Shown here piece after piece: positions 47,170 through 60,383 of a stretch of DNA of 64,000 bases. The stretch is taken from assembly GCF_009914755.1 (NCBI RefSeq), contig NC_060928.1; one strand, given 5' to 3'. Within the stretch, counting starts at the first letter, position 1. Each line of letters starts with the position of its first letter. Both the position numbers and the translations under genes were made by a program. Under the pieces are notes generated by a model. It was not told the origin of the DNA. It saw only the letters and a list, made by a program, of their open reading frames with translations, and searched no databases. The DNA comes from the human T2T-CHM13v2.0 reference genome, Homo sapiens.

Positions 47170-47649
47170 CTATAAAATAATACCAAAAGAAAATGAGGAA
47201 AAGAGAAGAAAAAGAAAAGAAAACAGATGTAAGATATGTAGTATGGAACTCAATGACAGCATTTTACAAGAACTAGGACACTGAGTTGTTGGGTTCGGAA
47301 AGAGAAATGGGAAGTAAACAGGCTTTAGGAAGTGATCTCCCCTGGGAAACGCATCCTGGGGTCTTCCACACTCAGGGTGGGTTATCCCGACCCACTCTCC
47401 AAACATGCAGCTAACTCATTCAGGGGAGATTGACACTCTGGACCGGGACAGGACTTTTTGGTGCTGTGATGTGGCCTTCATGCAGAACTTGGGCAGGCCG
47501 CTATAAATAGAGGAAGGCCCAGCCGATGGTCATGGTCAGCGGCTCCCACCAAGAGACGGGGGCGTGATGTGTGCACCGAAGATCAGGGTAAATTCCACTC
47601 AAGGTCACCCAGTCCAACTTGCAGACAAGTAGAGCCCTTCTGCCTACAC

Positions 47650-47869
47650 CACGCTTGCCCAACCCTCTACCCACAGGCCCCATGTGGCCCACGGCAGCTT
47701 TGAATGTGGCCCGACACAAATGTAAACTTTCTTAAAACATTATGAAATTTCTTTGCATTTTTTTTTTTTTTTAGCTCACCAGCTATTGTTAGTGTTAGTG
47801 TAATTTATGTGTGGCCCAAGACAATTCTTCCAATGTGGCCCAGGGAAGTCAAAGGATTGGGCACCCCAG
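47650..47869. mobile_element. MER30 hAT-Charlie DNA transposon
   Basis: ctttgaatgtggcccgacacaaat..ctttcttaaaacattatga..tgttagtgttagtgta..gtggcccagggaag; near-perfect 8-bp TSD gcctacac / ccctacac. Confidence 0.85.
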
Positions 47870-50601
47870 CCCTACACCATCTTTACCAGGGTTCTTTCTT
47901 CCAAGAGAGTCGCTATTTAAAATCTTTTGTGCCATTTGATTAGTCTACTTATACAGAAAAAAAAAAAATCAGGGAAAGACGGTCTTAACGGGAGGAAAAA
48001 TTAAACACACCGACTCAAAAGTAGAATTTTTTTCTTACCCTTCTCAGGACTTGCTTTGTTCAAAAGGAGTTGCAAGTCATTAGGGGAAACATATCTGAAC
48101 ATCAACTGGGGCTTTTGAAAATAATCCTTGAGTTCTTCTCCCCCCCAAAACAAGGTAATATCTCCCTATATTATTTATTGGAAAAGTCCAAACTAACAGC
48201 CATCAACTTCTAAACGAGGTGTAGGATCATTGGAAGTCAGAGCTAGAAGGGGCCTTGAAAGTCACCCAGCCCTTCATCTTCCACATGGGGAAACTGAGGC
48301 CTGGGAAGAGGGAAGGATTCGTTAAGACCATCCAGTGGGGGTGTGGCAGGAAAGAGTTTCTGGCAATGACGAAGGGACCAAGGGGCCAGGGATAGTGGTG
48401 GCTGGAGCTATTTCCACGGTCACAGGCCCCGATGCCTGTAAGGAAATGAAGGTGGCATGAGGCATCTTGGAAGGTTTCCAGCCCTACAGGCCTCGTCAGG
48501 CATCCATCCTGGCCAGTTCCTCCTGCTCTGCATGCCAGCTTCCGCAACTCCCTTCTGTGGCAAAAGGAGACAGACCAGTCCCCAAACATAGGCTTTGAGA
48601 AAAGAGTCGAAAAAAGAGCCAGAAAGACGATTCCAACATTTCCCAGGTATTCTCACTGCCGAGGACATAGTGAGTGTTATTTTAAGTGTGCGCTCATTCC
48701 ACCTGACTTTTAACATTTTAATCAGCAAAGGATGACCTTGGGCATGTTTTAAGCCTTTCTTTTATCATATCTGGCTCTGTGACTCATTTTACCAACACAA
48801 GTGGTAGAGCTACCTGGGAGATGGGAAGAACCGGTGCTGCCAGTCCACACGCCTTGCCTGGGCCCTGGGCTGCGAACTTTCATATCCCCAACCTCATTTT
48901 ATCCCTACATCCACCCTCAGAGACAGAGCACCATTCCTAGCAGCACATGAGAACACCAAGGCCTGAGGCAGAGGGGTGAATTCCGTGGGGCAGAGGGGTG
49001 AATTTCCCAGGCTCTCTGGGCCTACCTGGGCAAGGCCAGAGGAGAGCCCAGGCTCATCTATCTGCGAAACCAGCTCATCCCTCAAGCAATTCTTAAATCC
49101 AATTATACTTGAGACCCCCTTGGGTTCTCAGAATATCCTTGGGAGGCTGGTAGGCGTGGGCATCTGGCAGACGGGGACTCTAGGAATCAGCTAAAACTGG
49201 GGTTCCCATGAGAGCAACAAGGGAACTGGCAGGCAAGCCCTGCCCCCGCCCCTGCGCACAGATCCTCGGTCCACTTGCGACCCGGCAGGGCCCTACACCT
49301 CCAGCAGAGATGGGAAGGTGATTTCATCTGCATGGAGCCGACTGTCATGAGAGAAGGGAGAGGAAGCATCTGAAACGGAGGTGGAATCTTAAGTGCTGTC
49401 CCATCTCTCTGGGCACATGGTTTGATTCCCTACTGGACTGGAAAGGCTGTCATCCCATTTTTGGACAGCCCTGGAATCTGCCTTCCAGAGATTTCTGCCC
49501 TGGTTTGTCCCTGAAATAAGTCAGCTTCCTCTCTCACAAGACCGGCCTCAGACACATAAAGCCCAGAGATGCCCCTTCTACCTCCTCTTCCCAGGGCTGA
49601 TCCCACAGTGTCCTTTGAGATTCAGGTGGGACCCCCTCTTCGAGCACAGGCATGCCGGCCACGGACCTCCTGGATGGGTTCAGCGGCTCTCCATCTTGTT
49701 GCCACACTTGAACTTACCTCTGTGACATTAAATAGGCAATTATTGTTTTTCTGTACTCATCTAGAATCATTTGCGTACTCATCCACAAACATTTGATGAT
49801 ACCCTATCCTGTGGCAAGAACTGTCTTGAATGAAGAGATGCACACCACGTGGTCCCTGTCCTCAAGGACTCACAGCCATCCGGTGGAAGAAGATGAAGGG
49901 CAATACCATGATAAAACTGCTTTGTGTGTGTCCTGAGCCAGACTCATGTGTCTGCCTGGACCAATGTCATATGGAGGGGCAGGATGGGATGGCTATGACA
50001 TCCATGGAGAACCCAGCCATCCCTTCCTAGCTGTGGGACCATGGACAGGTGTCCTAATCTATCTCTGCCTCACTTTCCTCACTCATAAAATGGGCATCAT
50101 GGTAAATGGGCTGGTGGAACATACCCAAAGCCCATTGAGAGGCCAGCCTCACGTCTTCTGGGATGGGAGAGGCTGCGTCTTCCAGGAACATGCGACTGGT
50201 CTGGGGCTCATAGAAGGTATTTAAAAAGTGAATGAGTCCATGGAGGAGAACCTGTGTCTGTGGTTAGGGGGATGCCACTGACCTCATCGGGCTAATGTGC
50301 TTCACCTCTTTCCTAGTGAGACAGCAGGGGAGGGATTCAGGGGAAAGTCTTTTGTGAAAAAGACACACAGAGTTGGCCCCGGCCTGAAGAATTTTTGACA
50401 GCCATTGAGAAGGAAATGCCTTTACCAGAAAGGAATTTTGAGGAACTAGCGATTTCCATGAGATGCTGATTTAGGGGAAGAAGGGCAGAGAAAGGAGGGC
50501 TGGAGACAGAGTCTATGCTTTGGACCTTATGAAATAAAATGATTCCGCACTAACATTTCATGGAAAGAAACCTGGGGACAGTCTGAGCTGCAGTCACCTA
50601 C

Positions 50602-50667
50602 CTTTTCCTCCAGTTCTTTCAGGTGCCGCTTCTGAAACTCCAGTTTGTCCTCCAGTTCTCGGATTCT
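50602..50667 (-). CDS. JAKMIP1: JAKMIP1 penultimate coding exon (66 nt): RIRELEDKLEFQKRHLKELEEK
   Basis: Acceptor gtgtatttcAG, donor AAG|GTAGGT; phases 0/0; below the ORF-track length cut-off. Confidence 0.94.
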
Positions 50668-51672
50668 CTGAAATACACCAGGTTACGTGTCAGAAAAAGT
50701 AAGTTTTCCAGGTTTAAAAACTCTGTTTTTATTTTTTATTGTGGTCTAGCACAGAAGCTGTAAAGGATACCAACACTGTGGGCAGCCTGAGGAGCTCTGA
50801 TACATGCACAAGCCCATGTCACCACCGCCCAAAGCAAGACAGAGAGCATCCCAGCTCCCAGGAGGCCTTGGTCCCCCGGCTCAATTCCAGCTCTGCAAAG
50901 GAATTCTGTTCTGACTTCTATCACTAATAATGGATCGTGCCTGTTCTAGAAGTTTCTGGAAATAGAATTACACAGTACACATTCTTAAGAGGGGATCTTT
51001 TAAAAACAAAACATCGAGACTGGACCAAAACATGTAGGCACCCTGAGCAGCTAATAAAGGTCATGGGTGGGATGTGACACCACATCACGTACTTGTCTAA
51101 GATTTGTTTAACTGCAGCCTGGGGGATGGGGGGAGGGAGGGAGAAGGGCAGAGGAGGTCAATGCTGGTGGGAGCCACTGCACCAGCATCCGCCCTGCCCT
51201 CTTAGAACCCCACTCAGCACGTGGTACCAGGGTGACCGACAGACCCGGTTTGCCCAGGACTTTCCTGGTGTGAGCCTCAGGAAACCCCTCAGTCCTGGGC
51301 AAACCCAGACTCTTAGTTACCCTCCTTGGCACCGCATCTGCAGAATTAATTCCCTGGGTGGTTTACCGATCATTCCTTCCCATCCCACACAGCATCTCCA
51401 CCGAGGGAATCTGGTGAACTCCCCCGTTTCCAGATCTTCATGTGCTCACAGGGCTTCCGCCCCATCAAGGGCCCCACCAAGGTGGGTACCCCTGGGGCAA
51501 CTCTGCCCAGCGGGCTGCTGGCCCTTGTCTGCCCTGAACGGGATAGAGACCTCATACAATGAGACAATGCTGGGAGGCGGAAGGGTGGACGATTTCAGCC
51601 AGCAAAAATTAAACGTGGGGTCACCATAGGCCTTTATTCAGGCCCAGAGAAGCCATCTCACATTCCGTAGGG

Positions 51673-51860
51673 CAGTGATTCTCCAGCCTGTGTCAGCATC
51701 ACCCAGAGAGCCTACTCAAATGCAGATTGCCAGGCCCTGCCCACAGAGCTTCTGCCTCAGCCCAGCTGGGGTGGGACCTGAGTGAAAGTTGCACTCCAGC
51801 AAGCTCCCAGGTGATGAGGACGCAGACGGTCCGGGGCCCCTGCTTTGAGAACCACCACTG
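51673..51860. mobile_element. MER5A hAT-Charlie remnant
   Basis: cagtgattctc start, caaatgcagattgccaggccc, caagctcccaggtgatg, and ctttgagaaccaccactg end. Confidence 0.8.
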
Positions 51861-52036
51861 TGGGCACATTTAGTCACTCAGTAAATAGGACTCCATATGC
51901 CTGGGCCTGTTCCAGTCCTGGAGAGAAAGACAAAGTCCCTCCCCTTATAGTTCAATTACCGTTCAGACAATAGCAGCATACACATAAATAGAAGGGGCAT
52001 CAGATGAATACAAACACCATCAAGAAAACCAAGAGG

Positions 52037-52478
<442 letters not shown>

Positions 52479-55400
52479 TCAGAGGGTCTGGAATGGCCCA
52501 TGTCCCGATGAGGTGCTCACAGCTTTGGGGTTGCCATGGGGAGCCAGTGACGGGTTCTAAGCAGGGAAATGATGAGCTTTTGATTTCAGGATGATCACGG
52601 GGCAGCCAAACAGAATGGATTCCACGAAGGAGACAGAAAAAAAGATGATTCTCTCAGATCTGTGACCTTGGGCAGTTATTCTGCCTCCCTGAGGCTTGGT
52701 GTCCTTATCTATAGATGGGTGCTGCCCACATCTAAGGATTTAACAAGCAAATTTGTACCAAGTGTTTAGAGCAGAGCTTGGCATTGAGCACTCCATATGT
52801 TATTTTTTTAAACTGGTAATTTTCTACTCTCTCCCACCCGAAGGGAACTGTGTGACCTCAGTCTGGTAGTGGCAGGAGTTTCCTGGCAACCCCCTCACAT
52901 GCAGGGCGGCCGAGTGCTGCTGAGTAAGCAGGGCATGTGGCCTGAACCCGGCTTGAATTCTGGGCCCCAAATGTAGCAGCTGTTGGGCTCTGGGTGAGTG
53001 ACATGATCTCTCTGTGTCTGGACCCCTCTGCTGTAATGTCTGTGTGGGACCCCATGACACCGAGGGTGAAATGGGATCTGCAGGACAATGCTTTGTAATC
53101 TAATGTCTGGCTTTACAGCTTCCAAAGAACATCTGAGAATCCCCCAGGAACAACTTCTGGGCTTTAAAAATCAGCCTGACAACCTGGTTCTCATTCTAAT
53201 CTTTCTTGATATTCACGCTTAGGAAACAGTCTCTCATCACAGTGTGGGAGGCCAGAAAGAGCAGTGGGTAAGAGTTTCCTCATCTGATGACCTGGGTTCA
53301 CAGTTGAGCTCTGTTGCTTCCTGGCTGTGTGACCTTGGACAAGTTGCTTACCTTCTCTGAGCCTCACTCTGCTCCCCTGTGAAAAATGGCATCAATGACC
53401 TGTCCTCAAAGGACTCGTGTGAGTTTCATTCAACCAATGTCCACTGAGCCCCTTCTGTGGGTCAGCCCCAGTCTGCCTCCCTGGGCTGGAATATTGCCAC
53501 AGCACCTAGAACAGTGCTTGGTACACGAATGTTAGAACAACACAACACAAAACAAAACAAAACAAAACAAAACAAAGCAAAACACAGCTCCATGACGGCC
53601 AGCAGGGGCAACTCTGAGAGAGGTGGACAATGCAGCTGTGGCAGTTGGAAGGGGCTCTAGAGGGCTTCGAAGGTCAGACTAAGCAACCCAGACTTTGTAC
53701 TCTGGGCACCAGGGAGCCAGTGAGGGTCTCAGCGGGAGGCGGGGGTGCTGTGGTGGTGCTCTGTGTTAGGAAGGCTTCGGCAGAGAAAGAGACAATGGAG
53801 AGGGCATTGCCATCGTGAATTGTCCCAGCAGATGTCTCTGCAGGCCAACTGTGGCTAGGAAGCGAAACCAGTGCTACTGAACCCTCAGAGAGGGTCAGGA
53901 CAAAGTGAATTTACACCAGTGGCTTCACTCCAACCTTCACTCAGGCAGAACCTTTTACAAAAGTGCAGAATCATTCCGCTGGGAAAGGTGCCATTCACTA
54001 ATGGATGTTTTCACATCCTCTTCTCCTCTTAGTTAACAGGGCTGGAAAATGCCAATTTCAGCTGGGGCCGGGCAGGGGACATCACTGCACCCTGTGGGCC
54101 AGATTCCAGGTGAAATACAATGGTAATGTCCACAGCAAACTGGGAGACTGGGAGGGTCTGTCCATGGTTGAAGCGGGTAGCTAGTGCTTGGGCCAGATCA
54201 GAAGTGGGGTGAGTGTTGCCAGAGCACCTGGTTGTGTTAGGTAGTGTCGCCCGTGTTGAATACATGAGTGTTAGGGATTATGATGAATATAAAGGTGAGA
54301 GAAGACATGATAATGATTAGGTTGGGTTAGAAAAGCCAAGTGCAGCAAATGTTAGCTGATATTCATTGAGTGCTTACTTTGTGAGCACTTTAGATAAATT
54401 CTCCATTGACCACAACACTTCAAGTTGTGTGTGTTGATTGTACCCATTCTACAGACAAGAAAATTGAGGCTCACGGAGGTGAACTAACTTGCCTCAGGTC
54501 ACACCATAACTAGGGGCAGGATTTGAATAAAAACCTGTCTGACCCGAGAGCCTATGGCTCCTAATGCTGCATCATAGCTTTCCATATAAAAACTTTAAAA
54601 CGTTAATTTTTATGTTCCTGGAGGGGAAAAAAGTCACTGTAATGCAGGTTTGAATTCCTTCTCTTTGGGAAAAAAAAATGTAGGTTTTGCAATACTCTTT
54701 TGAAAATACCAGATTTCTGGAGACTATCAAATGATAGCAACTAGCAAAGAATCACAAAACATCAATAGTTAACCCTCAGGGGATCATGCAGTGTGGAGAC
54801 CAGGGCTCTGGCAGTGGACTCAGGATGGGCCTGGCCTGGAAGGGTCACTCTGTGGCTAGCTGACCTTCATCCAGCTGTTTTGTCTCTGTGCCTTCATCTC
54901 TCCCTCTGTTTAAGCTGGTTTGAAGACTTAATCAGGTAGCCAAACACCTGTTTTCAAACAGGTGTTTTAGTGAGGCTCATTACAACCACTGTTCCAGGGT
55001 GGTGGTTTCCCTGTAAAATCCTATATACAGGGTACTACTTTTGAAAATTGCAGCTGTTAGAAAACATAAAGCATTTCCTCAACCATAATCAACTGTTCCC
55101 ACCTCAGGGGCTTTGTACTTGCTGTTCTCTCTGCCAGGTGGCTGCCCGGCTCACCTCCTTGCACCATTTCAGCCTCTGCCTGTTTCTGACATCCTTAGTA
55201 TTTACTCGAGTCTTGCTTGTTTCCCCTCCCCAGAATCTAAGAACATCCTCTCCACAGAAGCAGGACTTTGTCCACTGTTCCACTCCCAACAGCCAGAACT
55301 GTGCCTGGCATGGGGTGGGTGCTCTACACATAGTTGTTGAATGGACGCCAGAAGCAGCAGCATCTCATTTCCCCAGCACCTTGTGGCCACTGGGCTGGCT

Positions 55401-55957
55401 GGAAAGTCTCCCCTCTGCCTAGGAATCATACCTAGACCACCCACTTCCAGGAAGACCTGTTAAAGGAAGCATCCAGTAAAACAGATGCACTGCTAAGTCT
55501 GCACCTCTTTTATGAAGGTTCTGGGCTACTGGCTGGGGGCTTCGGGCTCCTGTTGCTACCACACACCTGCAACACTCCGCGGGGAAGGGGAGCGAGAGTC
55601 AGCACACATCATGGCATCATCAGTTACGCTGGGAGAGTTTGGCCAAGCTTTTTCACCTGCAGAACCACACCAGAGCCTCAAGGCAATGCCCGGAGGTGCA
55701 GCCGCTCAGAACTACCCATATAGTACAAATGAAGAAGCTGAGGCCAGCAAACGTTAAGACTTGCTGACAGTTCTAGAGCTGAACTCAAAGCAGGGAGGAG
55801 GTAGAACCCTTTGCCCTGGATTCTGCTGCCTGGTGTGCTAGAGGAGGGAGACAGGGTGAGGGGGAAGGGAAGGAATAAGAACTCATTTTCCTGCTAAACC
55901 AAAAAGGTAACAAGACCCTTACATCCCCCTAGAACTCACAGCCATGCATCTATAAGA

Positions 55958-56115
55958 CTAAGGTTTGACAACTTGAAGTTGCACAGAAATCACCATGGGA
56001 TCTTCTTAAATGTGGAATCTGATTCCATAGGCCTGGGACAGGGCCTGAGATCCTGCATTTCTAGCAGGCCTCAGCATCATGCCAATGTCCCTGGTCCATG
56101 AACCACACTGAGTGG
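55958..56115. mobile_element. MER5-type remnant
   Basis: gaatctgattccataggcctgggacagggcctgagatcctgcatttctagcagg motif. Confidence 0.6.
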
Positions 56116-57299
56116 CCAGGAGGCAGCATGCTACCTTGGGTATTGACATCCATGTGTTATGACATAAAGAGAATCCTCTTTCATTGAATACCTACCATGT
56201 ACCAGGTGAATTGATTTGCATATCTTATCTCTTTAAAGCCTCAGAGCAATGTATTGTTGAATAAATATATTGACTTCAGCTTATATGTACTTATCACTGT
56301 ATTTTAATAAAACTGAGGTCAGGGAAGTTTCAATATTCAGTGGGAGAAAGGAGTGTCTACTAATTACCTTCAGCAGAATTCTCAACTAATTTGAAAATGA
56401 TCCAAAGATAAAGGAAAAGCAATACCAACCCTGGTTAAACTACTGTTCAAGCTTCTCCATGCAATTGACTACACAGTTTGGTAAAAGGAAGTGATTTGTC
56501 CCACATGATCTTACAGAAACACCACAAAACACTTGCATTTTAAATGAATCTTTTCTTTAAGGGATGCTACTCCTCCACTGCCCAGCAGGCAGATACTGCC
56601 ATGGCTTGCTTTTTGGCTTTTTAAAAAATCACCCAGATCCTGGGTTCACTTCTCAGCATGTGCAGCTTGGGGGCTTTTCCGGGAATCACAGTGGAATGTG
56701 GCATTGCCCTGTATCTTTACGCTGTCCTCTCTAACCCGTCATACATTTCAGACTTAGACCATCAAAAGCAGCACATTCCATGAGATTTGAATCCTTGAGT
56801 GGGGTAACAATTTTTTTCTTTTTGGCTCGAACACACAAACGTCACTCAGTTCTTTGAGCTGGATCTCCTGATCACAAAATCAATTCCTTCATTTGCTGCA
56901 CACTCAGTGAGCAAGTCCTGAAAAGAAGGTACAGTGCTCGGCCTTAGAGACAAGCCAGCACCTGGCTCCTAACTCCCCATCTGCTCCTGCTACCTCCACC
57001 CACAGTCTACACTCAGCAAGAATCCATAGTGGTCTGCACTTATTGACAGCAGTTTACAAGTAATAATTATCTAAACCTTACCATGCCCCAGTGAGACAGG
57101 CATTGTCATCATCCCCATGAGGAAGACAGTGAGGCCCAGAGAGGTTAAATAATTTGTCCAAGGCCACACAACTAAATGGGGGATCCAGAGTTCAGAGCCT
57201 GGCCGTCTGGTCCCAGTGTCTGTGTTTTCAGCTTCTTTGCTGCCTAAGCTGAACCACACCATGCTGCTCTGCTGCCCAGAATGCCCTTTCCCTTTGATG

Positions 57300-57960
57300 G
57301 TGATGATGATTGATTTTATGTTAACTTGGCTAGGCCATGGTACCCAGATATTTGGTCAAATATTCTAGATGTTGATGGGCACGGTGGCTCACTCTTATAA
57401 TCACAGCACTTTGGGAGGCCTAGGTGGGCGGATCACTTGAGGTCAGGAGTTTGAGACCAGCCTGGCCAACATGGAGAAACGCCGTCTCTACTAAGAATAC
57501 AAAAATTAGCTGGGTGTGGTGGCGGGTGCCTATAATCTCAGCTACTCAGGTGGCTGAGGCAAGAGAATTGCTTGACCTGGGAGGCAGAGGTTGCAGGGAG
57601 CTGAGATTGTCCCACTACACTCCAGCCTGGGTGATAAAGTGAGACTCCATTTCAAAAAACAAACAAACAAACAAACTAGATGTTTCTGTGGAGGTCTTTT
57701 TTAGATGAGATAAACACCTAAATCAGTAGACTTTGAGTAAAGCAGATGAGCCTCCATAATGTGTGTGTGTGGTTCATTCAATCACCTGAAGGCCTTGAGA
57801 AAAAGACTGAGCTCCCCGAGGAGAGGAGCATGCTGCTAGCAGATGGCCTTCAGGCTTGAAATACAACAACTCTTCCCTGGGGCTCTGGCCTGCCCTCCAG
57901 ATTGTGAACTTGCCGATCTTTATCTACAGTTGCGTGAGGCAGTTCCTTAAAGTAAGTCAA
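57300..57960 (+). mobile_element. MLT2 (ERVL) LTR split by an Alu
   Basis: gattttatgttaacttggctaggccatggtacccagatatttggtcaaa, then ttagatgagataaaca..gtagactttgagtaaagcagat after the Alu; ends in (CT)n. Confidence 0.8.
57374..57675 (+). mobile_element. Alu SINE with (AAAC)n tail and TSD
   Basis: TSD ctagatgtt at 57365-57373 and 57676-57684. Confidence 0.96.
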
Positions 57961-58675
57961 CCTCTTTCTCTCTCTCTCTCTCTTTCTCTTTCTCTCTCTC
58001 TCTGCCCGCATCCCCCTTCTTTTTTCCTTCTGTGACATCCCTCCCCACTGGTAATCTAGATCCTTACTATCTGGGTGACCTTCAGACACATGAGTTAACC
58101 TCCCTGAGCCTCAGTTCTCTCGTCTGGAAAATGGACGTCATAGTGCCTACCCATAGGGTCCATGAGATAAAGGATCTGCAGCGCAGGGAGCCACTGCCCG
58201 ACACATGGTGAGCGCCCGACAAATGCTCTGCATGATGCTGCTGCTTCTTTCCCTTCCTCGTCAATCAGGAGTCATGAAGCCCTCAGCCCCCCATGTGCTC
58301 AGTAGCACATGAAACTCACACGCAACATCGAACCTTGGAAGACATTGAGGTTTTCAGACCTACAACTGGTACAGCTTCTAGGCCCAATGCTCCAATGAGC
58401 CGCCATCACAAAAGGTAGCAAAAAAGCAAACCATTCAGCGGATGCCTCCCCGTAACCAGCATCTGACCTGGAAACAGCGTGCAGATGCTGGAGAAGGAGG
58501 GCCGAGGGAGAAGGCACTTTGGTTTGGATGAATGTTTCAGCGTTTGCTCTTTAGAATGCCCAAGTGCCCCACGTCTTGCCCCGTCACGGGGAGATATGAT
58601 GGGCATCTATGAAATCTTGCTTCTTGGAAACTTGCTTTACCACCAACTCTCCCTGGAATGAGCCTGGGGCACTCA

Positions 58676-58993
<318 letters not shown>

Positions 58994-59744
58994 TCACAAG
59001 GAGGTGGACAGGAACCACCAGAAGGCTGCTGCCAGTGGAGGCAGAGCCAGGGAGGGGGGTTGCGGGCAGGGAGGGGCAACTGGCAGGGGCCAAGCACAGG
59101 GCCAGCAGTGCCCGGGGGAGCAGGCTGTGAGGGAGCAACTCGGCCCCGCACACTTGTCATTTTTTACTCTATTCAACCCAGATGCCCCTACTATGCACAA
59201 GAGGGGACAAAGGCAAGAAGAAAAAGTAATCATAGCATTCCCTTAAGATGCATGACTCAAACAGAGGTGCAATTCACCTGGGTTTTATTCCATCCTTGGT
59301 TTCCAATTGGCTCTCCTCACCCTGGAAACAAATCTCCCCTTTTCTAATGGGTGCCAATGGGGAAATATGTCTGGATTTGCACACATTTGGTTTTCAGCTG
59401 CCTTAAGAATGCAACTCTAGCCCAAAGCAAATAGTGGCAATGTTTTAATTGCCCCTAACCCCCAACAAAACAAGCCACCCTTTTTGGCAAAGCTGAATGA
59501 GGCATTAGTGACCAACTGGGGATCCTTGTGAAAGCTGAGTTGTCATCATTACAGGATGTTACTCGTTTTCACAGCAAGACACTTAAATGTAGCTATCTTA
59601 TGGCAATGTCTAAGGACAAAAGACAATTACCTCCTTTTCTGCCTTCCTAAATCTCCACCCACATTCCTTACTAAGGAGCAGCTACTTCTCTCCCAAAGAA
59701 ACTACAGGTGGTATAGAGAAACCATGAGTTTCAATAGAAACATG

Positions 59745-60383
59745 GTACTGAGGCAGAGGTTAACCATTAGCCCTCCATCACCGAGGCAGAGGCTAACTGG
59801 TAGCCCTTCATCACTGAGGCAGAGGATAACCCAGTAGCCCTCCATCACCGAGGCAGAGGCTAACCGGTAGCCCTCCATCACCGAGGCAGAGGCTAACCAG
59901 TATCCCTCCATCACTGAGGCAGAGGTTAACCCAGTAGCCCTCCATCACTGAGGCAGAGGCTAACCGGTATCCCTCCATCACTGAGTCAGAGGTTAACCCA
60001 GTAGCCCTCCATCACTGAGGCAGAGGCTAACCGGTATCCCTCCATCACTGAGTCAGAGGTTAACCCAGTAGCCCTCCATCACCGAGGCAGAGGCTAACCA
60101 GTAGCCCTCCATCACCGAGGCAGAGGTTAACCCAGTAGCCCTCCAACACCGAGGCAGAGGCTAACCGGTATCCCTCCATCACCGAGGCAGAGGTTAACCC
60201 AGTAGCCCTCCATCACTGAGGCAGAGGCTAACCCAGTAGCCCTCCATCACCGAGGCAGAGGCTAACCGGTATCCCTCCATCACTGAGGCAGAGGTTAACC
60301 CAGTAGCCCTCCATCACTGAGGCAGAGGCTAACCGGTATCCCTCCATCACCGAGGAAGAGGCTAACCCAGTAGCCCTCCGTCA
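59745..60383. repeat. VNTR, about 19 copies of a 33/34-bp unit (tagccctccatcacYgaggcagaggYtaacc[c]Rg), in a JAKMIP1 intron
   Basis: Unit spacing counted directly (59768, 59801, 59835...). Confidence 0.97.

Noticed and set aside
59745-60383. CRISPR-like array of ~33-bp repeats
   Set aside because: Units are head-to-tail with no unique spacers, in eukaryotic intronic DNA; it is a minisatellite.
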